Part shown: positions 41,720 to 51,877 of the stretch, in pieces
Layout: each line of letters opens with the position of its first letter
How positions within the stretch are numbered: the first letter of the stretch is position 1
Origin: an uncultured Rivularia sp.
Lineage (GTDB): Bacteria; Cyanobacteriota; Cyanobacteriia; Cyanobacteriales; Nostocaceae
Direction of reading: 5' to 3'
Assembly (NCBI GenBank): GCA_963665115.1
Contig: OY762007.1
Span: 7,872,001-7,936,000 of the forward strand
DNA length: 64,000 bases
Program-made: the position numbers and the translations under genes
The notes under the pieces: generated by a model
The model's input: only the letters and a program-made list of their open reading frames with translations
What the model was told of the DNA's origin: nothing
Database searches by the model: none

Positions 41720-43186
41720 CTAACTCCTAACTGTTTTCTCCCCCCGTTGATAAATTTCTCTTGCATAATCAGTCCAGGTACCTTGTCCCCAATAACGAAA
41801 ACAGCTTGTTTGCAATAAGAAATTATCTAATAAAGCCTTGCGGTATTCGGTTTGTTGGGTAATTGATTCATCAGCTTGCAACAAAGAATCAAATTTCTGG
41901 TGAAACAAACTACTAAGTTGATTCATCGGATTTAATACATTTTCATATCCTTTAACCCAACTGATACTATTTGTCCAAGAAGCACCATCCATATGAAAGT
42001 TGGAATTTTCTTGTTTTAATTGCTCGATAACTTGTTCCACACTCTGGGAATCCGATACTCGTTCCCAAATTAAATGTTGTCCCACTGGTTGACAAACTGG
42101 GTAATCTTCTGGATTTGCACCAGCATTTTCAATTAATTCTAAATATTCGGTTCCGTTAACTCCGACAACACCTGTTTTTCCTCCACCGTTTTGCTTCATA
42201 TCGTGCCAAGCTTGCTTGTATCCAGGGGGAAATTCGTTCATCATTACACCACCGTTTTCACCGTCACCTATTTGAGTAACTATCGGTGGATAACTCTCAT
42301 TCCCTTGCGAGCTTAAAGATTTCGCTTCGTAATAAGGCTGCATTTGAGCAACTAATTTAGTGTCGGAGCCTTGAGTTTTGATCAAAGCGGTAATACTTAC
42401 GCTTTCACCTTGAGAATTTCTAGCTACAAGTCTATGTGGTGTATGTTTATTGGTTAATTCTTCACCGTTAGGTGTTTGTACTGAATGCTCTTGCACCATC
42501 AACCACTTGTAACCACATTCTTTCAGCGCTTTGACATATTCATATAAAGTATCGGGATGGTTGGGGAGGTGCATTTCTGGAGGAGAAAAACCTTTGACTC
42601 TTGCCAATGCATCCCAACCAAAAATTGCGGCAAAATAATGCTGCCATGCTTGAATGTGTAATTTTATATCGGGTATTGGCGTAGAAGGAACCACAGCATG
42701 ACCCCACATCGTACCCAACCATTCCACATAAGGTTGGTATGTCGAATCGCAGGTGATACGTTTGAGATTGTCTATGATATCTCTGCGCCCCATCTGTTGA
42801 AATCCCCATAAAAGATTGCCGGAGTAATCCAGCATTACGCGAGGATTGCAACCTTGATTGACTAATTCGGGGATAATGTCACCCATGCGACTGTAACAAT
42901 TAGCAAAAGGGCCTGCATTGTGATTGTCACCTTCACCTTGATGCTCAAACATATATTGCAGATGACTGATGTATTCGCCGTTTGCACCTGCGGGGATTGT
43001 TGGTTGGTGCATATGGAGCGCTACGGCGAAAGTCGCGGTGATATCTTCTAGTTTAAGGTTTGTATTAGGAAGGAAGACGGGGGAATTTTGATTTACGACT
43101 TCTAAAACCTGTTTTTCCGAGCCAGAAATATTTGGTAAACCGTCAATAGTTTCTGGTAGAGCAGGTAGGGTTGTTAAAGTGGGCAT
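41720..43186 (-). CDS. Glycoside hydrolase family 57 protein
   Basis: HMHQP, GFSPPE, DGENGG, LQTSCFRYWG. Confidence 0.8.
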   Translation of the reverse strand: MPTLTTLPALPETIDGLPNISGSEKQVLEVVNQNSPVFLPNTNLKLEDITATFAVALHMHQPTIPAGANGEYISHLQYMFEHQGEGDNHNAGPFANCYSRMGDIIPELVNQGCNPRVMLDYSGNLLWGFQQMGRRDIIDNLKRITCDSTYQPYVEWLGTMWGHAVVPSTPIPDIKLHIQAWQHYFAAIFGWDALARVKGFSPPEMHLPNHPDTLYEYVKALKECGYKWLMVQEHSVQTPNGEELTNKHTPHRLVARNSQGESVSITALIKTQGSDTKLVAQMQPYYEAKSLSSQGNESYPPIVTQIGDGENGGVMMNEFPPGYKQAWHDMKQNGGGKTGVVGVNGTEYLELIENAGANPEDYPVCQPVGQHLIWERVSDSQSVEQVIEQLKQENSNFHMDGASWTNSISWVKGYENVLNPMNQLSSLFHQKFDSLLQADESITQQTEYRKALLDNFLLQTSCFRYWGQGTWTDYAREIYQRGEKTVRS

Positions 43187-43413
43187 TCAGTTATCAATTA
43201 ACAATGTTCAATTATCAATTATCACTTGCTGTCGGGTGCGGGGGTATATTAATTATCAATTGTTAATTATCAGACATCAACCATTCTCAGTTTTCTCAGA
43301 AAACTCTTACCAAAAGCTCAGTTACCCATCATCAAAGCCTCAGAGTCATCCGCGATATTAGTAATGTCGGCGAAACGACAACACCAAACACTTTTATCTC
43401 GGAGACATCAATC

Positions 43414-43896
43414 GTGAAATTCAACAAATTAGCTGGCTTAGGAATTGCATCTGTAGTATTATTCAGCAGCGTTGGTTCGGTAATAGCTAACTCCTCTGTG
43501 GCTGAAGCTTCTCACATATTTAGAACAAATAGAAGCATAAGAGTTGCAAATAAAGCGAAATCAATTTTGGCATCAGGTAACTTTGTTAAACAGGAAAAAG
43601 CCACCACGGGTAAAGCAAGAATTGTAAATATTAACGGAAAACGTTATTTAGAGTTTGATAAAGCATTTCGCAGTGGTGAAGGGCCAGACGTAAAAATCAT
43701 TTTACATCGCAACAGCAGCATTCCTTTAAATATTAAAGAAGAAAATTATCTTACACTCGCTCCAATCAAAAGCTTCAAAGGCGCTCAACGTTATGCAATT
43801 CCTGAAAATATCAACCTTGCTAATTATAAATCTGTAGGAATTTGGTGCGAAGAATTCAATGCAACTTTTGGTTATGCTAGCTTGCAAAATGTTTAA
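43414..43896 (+). CDS. Secreted DM13 domain protein
   Basis: GPDV, G.Q.Y.IP, YKSVGIWCEEFNATFGYA; signal peptide. Confidence 0.88.
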   Translation: MKFNKLAGLGIASVVLFSSVGSVIANSSVAEASHIFRTNRSIRVANKAKSILASGNFVKQEKATTGKARIVNINGKRYLEFDKAFRSGEGPDVKIILHRNSSIPLNIKEENYLTLAPIKSFKGAQRYAIPENINLANYKSVGIWCEEFNATFGYASLQNV

Positions 43897-44007
43897 TAAA
43901 AAATGTAGAGAGGCGATACTATGGCCGTCTCTACAAAAGGTTTTTTAGTTCTTACCGATTACCTATTACCAATTACCTATTACCTATTACCTATTACCTA
44001 TTACCCA

Positions 44008-45123
44008 TTACCGTCCTAAACTCCTCGGATCGAGTGCATCTCTCAATCCATCACCAAGCAAGTTAAATGCTAATACTGTCAAAATAATTACGACTGTGGG
44101 AGGCCAAATTAACCACGGTTGCAGCACCAAAATAGAAGCATTGGTTGCTAAAGATAGCATATTACCCCAAGAAGGATCTGGCTGTTGAATCCCTAAACCA
44201 ATCAAACTTAATACCGCTTCCGCACCGATGAAACTGGGTATAGAAAGAGTTGCGGAGATAATAATATAGGTTGCAGTTTGGGGTAAAACGTGGCGAATAA
44301 TAATATATAAAGGTTTAGCCCCCATTGCTCTTGCTGCTTGAACAAATTCTCTTTCTTTAATTGATAACACTTGTCCGCGAATTACCCGCGCTAAACCAGC
44401 CCAGCCAATAAAAGAAGTAATTAAAACAATGAGTAAAAAGCGTTGAGTATTGCTTATCTCATCTGGTAAAACCGCCCCCAATGTAACCAGAAGAAATATG
44501 CTTGGGAATATCATCATTACTTCCACTACGCGCATAATTATCGAGTCAGCCCAACCTCCGAAATAACCGGAAATTCCGCCAAAGAAAAGACCTAAAGGAA
44601 AAGAAATCGCAACACCAAAAATCCCGATAAATAAGCTTATGCGACCACCATACAGCAAACGGCTGAATTCATCCCGTGCTTGATCGTCGGTACCTAAAAG
44701 ATTGAATCTTGTTTCATTCGTAGTGCCAAATAAATGCAAATTTAATGGAATACCGGGAAATATCGTAACTTCCTCCCATTTTGGCGGTAGCGGTAAACTA
44801 AATTTAAACAGCTTATATTCCGAACCTTGGACAAACAAACGTAGAGGAGAAGGTTTGCTGTAATCTACAATTATTTTGCGATCGCCCGTATCTAAATTTG
44901 TATCACCTTGAGTAGTCGGATAAACGTGAGGACCAATAAATTTTCCTTCTTGGTTATTTAGATGTACGCGAGTCGGTGGCAGCAAAGAACCATTTGGCTG
45001 CGAATAATATGGGTCATAAGGCGCGACAAAATCCGCAAAAATTACCGTTATATAGAAGATTATCAGTAAAACTGCCCCAAATTGCGCTAAAGGATTTTTC
45101 TTGAGTCTTTGCCACCAGTTCAT
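44008..45123 (-). CDS. Peptide/nickel ABC transporter permease (OppC/DppC type)
   Basis: LGTDDQARD.FSRL.YG.RISL, EFVQAARAMGA, PSWGNML, NLLGDGLRDALDP. Confidence 0.9.
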   Translation of the reverse strand: MNWWQRLKKNPLAQFGAVLLIIFYITVIFADFVAPYDPYYSQPNGSLLPPTRVHLNNQEGKFIGPHVYPTTQGDTNLDTGDRKIIVDYSKPSPLRLFVQGSEYKLFKFSLPLPPKWEEVTIFPGIPLNLHLFGTTNETRFNLLGTDDQARDEFSRLLYGGRISLFIGIFGVAISFPLGLFFGGISGYFGGWADSIIMRVVEVMMIFPSIFLLVTLGAVLPDEISNTQRFLLIVLITSFIGWAGLARVIRGQVLSIKEREFVQAARAMGAKPLYIIIRHVLPQTATYIIISATLSIPSFIGAEAVLSLIGLGIQQPDPSWGNMLSLATNASILVLQPWLIWPPTVVIILTVLAFNLLGDGLRDALDPRSLGR

Positions 45124-45284
45124 AGTTTATACGAGTTACTTAGTTATGAATGTTAAAGCACACATTCTGATTTATAAATTATAAAACCTGGAGATATTTA
45201 ACAAATCTTAATATTTTAGAACGGAAATAGAATTGAGCAAGTTAGAAGTGTATTAAAGTAGGTTGGTGAATTGGTTATACATTT

Positions 45285-46067
45285 ATGACTGCACAAAACT
45301 TAAATATATTTCAACATCCTCGATTCAATGAAATTCAACATTATACAGCGATTCGTTTAGGATGTGATGTTGATGCTTTAAAAAATTCTGGTAATGTTAT
45401 TGTTTCAGCAAAACCGAAAGCTTATGAAGATTTTATGGAACCTTCATCCCTGGGAGAAGCCAATATCATCTCCTTGACTCAAATGGAAAATTGTTCCATA
45501 GTTCGTAAAAATTCCCAAGAAACCGAAGCAGTTAAGAATATATTAGAACAAATAGATAGCAGTCAAAAACTTTCACCAAAAGATTTTTTACAATTTGAAA
45601 CCGTCAATCAACATGGTTATCAAGAACCTTATTTTTATCTAAATCCTCAAGATTTTAAAGCATTTTCCGATTCAAACGTAATCCAATTATCTCCATATAA
45701 TCCCGAGCATATTGCAATGGTGGAAAGTCTTCATGAAACAGTTGAAGAAAAAATGCGTTGGTTTTCAGAAATTGATCATGCAGTAGTTTATGGTTATATG
45801 CTAGACAAAAAAATTGTCGGAATAGCAAGTCATTTTTTATTTGAATCCTCAGAATTTAAAGTTGCTGCTGGGGGAGTATTGGTTAATCCCGAATACCGTA
45901 GAAGAAATATTGGGAAAGCAGTTGTTTCTGCAATTTGTGAATGGGCATTACAGCGAGATTATATCGTAGAGTGGAGTTCCTGGGATGAAAATATTGCATC
46001 AATTGCTTTGGCAAAAAGCCTTGGTTTTCAACAATTTTTATCTGAATATGAATTCTTGGTTAGTTGA
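45285..46067 (+). CDS. GNAT family N-acetyltransferase
   Basis: GVLVNPEYRRRNIGKAVV, NIASIALAKSLGF. Confidence 0.8.
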   Translation: MTAQNLNIFQHPRFNEIQHYTAIRLGCDVDALKNSGNVIVSAKPKAYEDFMEPSSLGEANIISLTQMENCSIVRKNSQETEAVKNILEQIDSSQKLSPKDFLQFETVNQHGYQEPYFYLNPQDFKAFSDSNVIQLSPYNPEHIAMVESLHETVEEKMRWFSEIDHAVVYGYMLDKKIVGIASHFLFESSEFKVAAGGVLVNPEYRRRNIGKAVVSAICEWALQRDYIVEWSSWDENIASIALAKSLGFQQFLSEYEFLVS

Positions 46068-46103
46068 GAAGAAAAATATAGTAAAACTAAAATTATTATA
46101 ACT

Positions 46104-46766
46104 ATGGTGCAAATAATTCAAGCTAGAGATATCAGTCTTTACGAATTAGAAGAAAAGTTTGGTTTGCAACTTTCTACGGATAAAGATTTTTTTACTGAAT
46201 GGACGGATAATTTACCTTCACTGACCGAGATAGAAAAGCAATCTTTAAAACGAGTTCAAAGTAATTATTTTAATTTAACTAGACGACGTTTAATATCAGA
46301 AGAAGCAGTAAAAATGGTCGTGCTGTCTCCTTTACTAGATTTAGCTGGTTTCTATCAACCACCTTTTGAAATTGAAACCGAAACTTCTGTAGAAATTGTA
46401 GCGGAGGAAGAGGGAGTTAAGCTGAAAGGTAATATTGATGTTTTGGTAGTGCAAAAAAACTTTTGGATACTTGTTATTGAATCTAAAAGTACTAAATTTG
46501 ATGTGATGGTAGCGCTACCTCAAGCATTAGCTTGTATGTTAAATTCTCCCAATCGGGAAAAACATAGTTTTTGTTTACTTGTTAATGGTAGGGAATTTGT
46601 TTTTGTTAAATTAATGCAGGAAGAGCAAAACAAATATGCTCGCTCTTATGCTTTGTTGATTGAGAAAGATGATGAGTTTCAGCAGGTTTTGAGCGTGTTG
46701 AAGCGGGTTAGTGGATTGGTTGCAAATGTGTCACAGCAAAAGACTTGCAAGGAGATAACGAGATAA
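46104..46766 (+). CDS. HsdR N-terminal-like PD-(D/E)xK protein
   Basis: EEAVKMVVLSPLL, GNIDVLV, VIESK, PQAL..M, VNGREF.F. Confidence 0.75.
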   Translation: MVQIIQARDISLYELEEKFGLQLSTDKDFFTEWTDNLPSLTEIEKQSLKRVQSNYFNLTRRRLISEEAVKMVVLSPLLDLAGFYQPPFEIETETSVEIVAEEEGVKLKGNIDVLVVQKNFWILVIESKSTKFDVMVALPQALACMLNSPNREKHSFCLLVNGREFVFVKLMQEEQNKYARSYALLIEKDDEFQQVLSVLKRVSGLVANVSQQKTCKEITR

Positions 46767-46774
46767 GAATAAAA

Positions 46775-47290
46775 TTATAATAACAATCTCTTATCTTTAT
46801 GTGCATTTTTAATCATTATCTGAAGCATTATATCTGCTGCACTTAAAACTTGTTTTTGAGGTTCATTTAATAGATAATTATATTTTGAAGATTTAAATCC
46901 ATTTTGACTGGCTATCTGTAGAAGTTTTTCATAATCTCCTGTTGCAAATAATTCTGCTGCCTCTTCCATTTCATGAATCTGACATTTGTTTTTGGTACGT
47001 ATTAATAAAAGACTCAAATATTTTTTTGCTTCAATTAAAGATTGTTCTATATTATCTAAATTATCTTTAGTCGCACCTGAAAGAGTTGAAACTGTAGCAA
47101 GGTTTTTAATGCAACCAGCATAAATGTCTTGGATTTGACTGATTTGCTCTCTTTCTTTTTGAAAATAATTATTAATTCTAGCCGTTAATAAATTAATGAT
47201 TGCACTAGTTATAACAGTAAAGAAAACTATATATACACCCATCAACGTAGGGTTATTGAAAGGCATAAAATCAAAGAAAGAATTTGACAT
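46775..47290 (-). CDS. Hypothetical protein with N-terminal TM helix
   Basis: 171-aa AT-rich ORF; hydrophobic segment then helical region. Confidence 0.6.
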   Translation of the reverse strand: MSNSFFDFMPFNNPTLMGVYIVFFTVITSAIINLLTARINNYFQKEREQISQIQDIYAGCIKNLATVSTLSGATKDNLDNIEQSLIEAKKYLSLLLIRTKNKCQIHEMEEAAELFATGDYEKLLQIASQNGFKSSKYNYLLNEPQKQVLSAADIMLQIMIKNAHKDKRLLL

Positions 47291-47514
47291 CGTAAATAAA
47301 ACTCAGTTTTATAGATTGTTTGTAGTCTATGTTGGAAACATCCAATTTTTCAAAAAGATGTGTAGTGCGAGCATCTTGCTCGCTAGTAATCAGCATCTTG
47401 CTCGCTAGTAATCACTATATTGTTCAACACTATAGGTAATATTGAATTAACTCGTTTGATAACCAAAATACTGGAGACGTAGCAATGCTACGTCTCTACA
47501 TTAGTTACCTATTA

Positions 47515-48628
47515 TCAATCAAATGTAACTACACTACGAATTGATTCGCCTTTATGCATCAATTCAAAACCTTCGTTAATTTTTTCTATTGGCATCACAT
47601 GAGTAATTAAATCGTCGATATTTATCTTGCCATCCATGTACCAATCAACAATTTTCGGAACATCGGTACGTCCCCTCGCACCACCAAAAGCCGAACCTTT
47701 CCAAACTCTTCCAGTTACTAATTGAAATGGACGAGTACTTATTTCTTCTCCGGCACCAGCAACGCCAATTATAATACTTTGTCCCCAACCTTTATGACAG
47801 CATTCTAATGCTTGACGCATTGTTTTTACGTTACCAATACATTCAAATGTATAGTCTGCTCCACCTTTGGTTAAATCTACTAAATAAGGAACCAAATCAC
47901 CTTCAACTTCCTTTGGATTAACAAAGTGCGTCATTCCGAATTTTTCTGCTAATTCGCGTTTTGCAGGATTAATATCTACACCGATAATCATATCGGCTCC
48001 TACCATTCTTGCGCCTTGAATTACGTTTAAACCAATACCACCCAATCCGAAAACTATAACTTTTGCACCGGCTTCTACTTTTGCTGTGTAAATAACCGCA
48101 CCAATTCCGGTAGTAACTCCGCAACCGATGTAACAGACTTTTTCAAAAGGAGCATCTTCACGAATTTTAGCTACAGCAATTTCTGGTAACACCGTATAGT
48201 TAGCGAAAGTTGACGTACCCATATAGTGATAAAGCTTCTTGTCGCCAATCGAAAAACGACTGCTACCATCGGGCATCAAACCTTTACCTTGAGTACTGCG
48301 AATTGCTTGACAAAGGTTAGTTTTTAAGCTTAAACAATATTCGCACTGACGGCATTCGGGGGTGTAAAGAGGAATAACGCGATCGCCTTTTTTGACGCTG
48401 GTGACACCTTGCCCTACATCTACAACAACACCCGCACCTTCATGTCCCAAAATAGCGGGAAATAAACCTTCAGGATCTTTACCCGAAAGCGTGTAAGCAT
48501 CGGTATGGCAAATTCCGCTGGCTTTAATTTCTATTAATACCTCACCAGATTTTGGGCCCCTCCAAATTAACCGTTTCAATACTCAACGGCTTACCCGCTT
48601 CATAAGCTACTGCTGCTTTAACTTCCAC
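47515..48628 (-). CDS. frmA: S-(hydroxymethyl)glutathione dehydrogenase / class III ADH, +1 indel at ~48554-48560
   Basis: GICHTD, GHEGAG, Zn Cys cluster, RPFQLVTGR. The N-terminus [25 protein letters not shown] (GTG at 48628) lies in another frame. Confidence 0.9.
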
Positions 48629-48677
48629 TTTTCACCCCTTTTTTTTCAGACAATCTTCTTTATTGAGTTTATAGCGG

Positions 48678-49094
48678 ATGGGAGAGGGGGTAGAGGGGGA
48701 AGAGGGGGTAGAGGGGGAAGAGGGGGTAGAGGGGGGAGAGGGGGAAGAGGGGGGAGAGGGGGTAGATGGGGAGATGGGAAAAGGAAGATTAAAAAAAATT
48801 GTAGTGGGAGCATCTTGCTCCCTATTAGTTTTCCAATTACCAATTACCCAATCCCCGATTACCAATTCCCAATTACCCAATCCCCGATTACCAATTCCCT
48901 ATTACCCAATCCCCGATTACCAATTACCAATTACCAATTACCCAATCCCCGATTACCAATTACCAATTACCCAATCCCCGATTACCAATTACCAATTACC
49001 CAATCCCCAATTACCAATTACCAATTACCCAATCCCCAATCCCCAATCCCCAATCCCCCATGCCCAATCCCCAATCCCCAATTCCCAATGCCAA
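48678..49094. repeat. Composite repeat region: (GAGGGGGTA/GAA)n nonamers, family-A hairpin, ~260 bp of CCAATTA/CCAATCC arrays
   Basis: Visible between divergent frmA and avtA. Confidence 0.9.
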
Positions 49095-49138
49095 TTGAAT
49101 ATTATAGTTAAACTATCTATATTTATTATCGATTGCTT

Positions 49139-50422
49139 ATGAAACCTGCCCTAACTAAATTCGGCGCTCAAATGTCCAAGCTTACCGGCGTGAGAGCGAT
49201 TATGAAGGATATCAACGAAACTTTACGCGCGGGTGAAGGGCAGGAGTTGATGAATTTGAGTGCGGGTAATCCGTTGATTTTGCCTGAAGTCGAACAATTA
49301 TGGCGTGATTGTACTGCGGAACTTTTGGCAAGCGCGGAGTATGGTGAAGTAGTTTGCCGCTATGGTTATTCTAAGGGCTACTCGCCGTTAATCGAAGCTG
49401 TTACTAAAGACTTTAATAAACGTTATGGTTTAGAGCTTACCGAACGTAATATTTTAATTACTCCTGGCAGCCAAACGCTTTATTTCTATGCTGCAAATGT
49501 CTTCGGCGGCTACACCAATAACGAAGAGTTAAAACAAATTGTTCTTCCTTTAAGTCCCGATTATACGGGTTACGGCGGAGTTAGCTTGGTTCCCGAAGCT
49601 TTATTTGCTTACAAACCAACTTTAGATATTGACGCACCAGCACATAGATTTAAATATCGTCCCGACTTTAGCAAGTTATCGATTACCGAACAGACTGGTT
49701 GTGTTTTATTCTCTCGTCCCTGCAATCCTACGGGTAATGTTGTCACCGACGAAGAAGTTCAAAAAATCGCTGCACTTGCCGCACAATCAGATGTACCAGT
49801 TTTAATTGACTCGGCATACGCGCCACCTTTCCCCGCGTTGAATTATACAGAGATGACACCAACTTTTGGTGAAAACATTTTGCACTGCATGAGTTTATCA
49901 AAAGCGGGATTACCTGGAGAAAGAGTTGGTATTGCCATCGGTAGCGAAAAGTTAATTGATGCGTTGGAATGTTTCCAAGCAAACGCGAGCTTGCATTCAT
50001 CACGATACGGGCAAGCCATAGCCGCCCTCGCCATTAAGTCTGGCAAATTAGCGCATATCAGCGAAACCGTAATTCGTCCTTTTTATAAAAACAAATTCAC
50101 AGTTTTAGAAAGTACTTTAGAAGAAGCAATGCCCGATAATGTACCTTGGTTTATACATCGAGGTGAAGGAGCAATTTTCGCTTGGATATGGCTCAAAGAT
50201 CTACCCATCAGCGATGCAGATTTTTATCAACAGCTTAAGAAAGTAGGTGTAATAGTCGTTCCCGGAAACTCCTTCTTCCCCGGATTACGCGAAGAGTGGC
50301 AACACAAACATGAATGTTTCCGCGTCAGCCTCACAGGTAGCGACGAAGAAATTAAAACCGGAATGCAGCGTTTTGCACAAGTCGCCGAAGAAGTTTATCG
50401 CAGTGCAGCCGTGAGCGCGTGA
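49139..50422 (+). CDS. avtA: Valine--pyruvate transaminase
   Basis: LSAGNP, SPDYTGY, FKYRPDF, SRPCNPTGNV, DSAY.PPFP, SLSKAGLPGERVG. Confidence 0.9.
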   Translation: MKPALTKFGAQMSKLTGVRAIMKDINETLRAGEGQELMNLSAGNPLILPEVEQLWRDCTAELLASAEYGEVVCRYGYSKGYSPLIEAVTKDFNKRYGLELTERNILITPGSQTLYFYAANVFGGYTNNEELKQIVLPLSPDYTGYGGVSLVPEALFAYKPTLDIDAPAHRFKYRPDFSKLSITEQTGCVLFSRPCNPTGNVVTDEEVQKIAALAAQSDVPVLIDSAYAPPFPALNYTEMTPTFGENILHCMSLSKAGLPGERVGIAIGSEKLIDALECFQANASLHSSRYGQAIAALAIKSGKLAHISETVIRPFYKNKFTVLESTLEEAMPDNVPWFIHRGEGAIFAWIWLKDLPISDADFYQQLKKVGVIVVPGNSFFPGLREEWQHKHECFRVSLTGSDEEIKTGMQRFAQVAEEVYRSAAVSA

Positions 50423-50456
50423 GATGATGGGGAGATGGGGGATGGGGAGACAAGGG

Positions 50457-50668
50457 GACGTTATTAAAGTAGTGAGTAGTGAGTAGTGAGTAATGAGTAA
50501 TGAGTAATAAGTAATAAGTAGCGAGTAAAAATAGACGGGCAGCTATGAGCAACATTTATGACAATAATAATAAGTGATTTACTTGCTACTCTCTACTCGC
50601 TACTCGCTACTCGCTACTCTCTACTCTCTACTCGCTACTCCCTACTCCTAACTCCGTGAGCTATGCCC
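50457..50668 (-). repeat. ~200-bp composite dispersed element, copy 2
   Basis: Reverse complement of 38809-39007 apart from heptamer copy number and a few substitutions. Confidence 0.92.
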
Positions 50669-50723
50669 TTCTTACCAATTCCCTATGCCCAATTGATAAT
50701 TGATAATTGATAATTGATAACTG

Positions 50724-51311
50724 ATGATTGATGACTGGTTGGAAATTGGTAAGATTGTTTCGCCTCAAGGTATGAAGGGTGAGTTACGGGTTTATCCGCA
50801 AACGGATTTTCCCGAACGCTTTGAGGTGCCGGGTAAGCGCTGGCTGTTGCGTGCGAATGCGACGGAGCCGGAAGAGGTGGAGTTGCTTAAAGGACGTTTT
50901 CTTGAAGGTAAAAATCTCTATGTGATTCAGCTTGCGGGTGTGAAATATCGCGATCAAGCTGAGGATTTGCGGGGTTGTAAGTTACTTGTGCCCTTATGCG
51001 ATCGCCCAGAGTTGGGTGAAGATGAATATCATTTGATGGATTTGGTGGGTTTACCTGTTTTTATGCAGGATGGTGGTGAGTTGATTGGTACGGTTGTTGA
51101 TTTGATTAATGCTGGCAACGATTTGTTAGAGGTACGGTTGGGAAGTGAGGAAGAAGGGGATAAGGGGACAAGGGGACAAGGTGATGGGGAGAAAATCCAA
51201 AATCCCAAGAATGTTTTAATTCCTTTTGTAAAAGCTATTGTTCCGGTGGTTGATTTGGAGGCTGGTAGAATTGAGATTACGCCACCAATTGGTTTGTTGG
51301 AGATTAATTGA
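50724..51311 (+). CDS. rimM: Ribosome maturation factor RimM
   Basis: [47 protein letters not shown]. Confidence 0.92.
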   Translation: MIDDWLEIGKIVSPQGMKGELRVYPQTDFPERFEVPGKRWLLRANATEPEEVELLKGRFLEGKNLYVIQLAGVKYRDQAEDLRGCKLLVPLCDRPELGEDEYHLMDLVGLPVFMQDGGELIGTVVDLINAGNDLLEVRLGSEEEGDKGTRGQGDGEKIQNPKNVLIPFVKAIVPVVDLEAGRIEITPPIGLLEIN

Positions 51312-51877
51312 TTTTAGACAACTACTCATTGCGATCGATTGGAAACCTGGTTTTTTGGAAAAACTGGGTTTATCGGCATATCAAATTATGATTATTAGAT
51401 TGCTATATAACTAATTTAGTTTTTTATGCTGTCTATTTAAAAATATTAATTAACTGTAGTTAAGTAATTAAATAATTTATATTATCTTCTATCTAAAGAA
51501 GTAGCTTTTATGAAAAATAAATATAAACTATTGATTATTGAAAATAAGTCAATACTATTTTGTTATCCAAGCTTTGGTTAAATTGCGGTTAAATTTAAAC
51601 AACTAAATATATATTATGCTAAACTCCAAAACAGATTGTTTAGCTATTTAGTTCGCTTTTCACAATTTAATCTTTTAATAACGTTGATTTGACGATAGAA
51701 GAGATAACTTTAAATTATTTAAAATCATAAATATTCTGTTTCGCTATGCTGCGAGTGGTACATTAGGCTAACGCAAGAATACAAGAAATATTCACTTAGA
51801 TATAATATTAAAAAAATCAAATATTTACGTTTAAATAAATGTAAAAGCATCAAAAGAATTACTTCAAGGAGTTGATT

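Noticed and set aside
48632..49142. Four overlapping ORFs with PPL/EGE/PITNYQL repeats
   Set aside because: Translations of nonamer and heptamer arrays; the same applies to 1175-1378, 10091-10333, 39444-39656, 50352-50555, 54151-54531 and 54179-54424.
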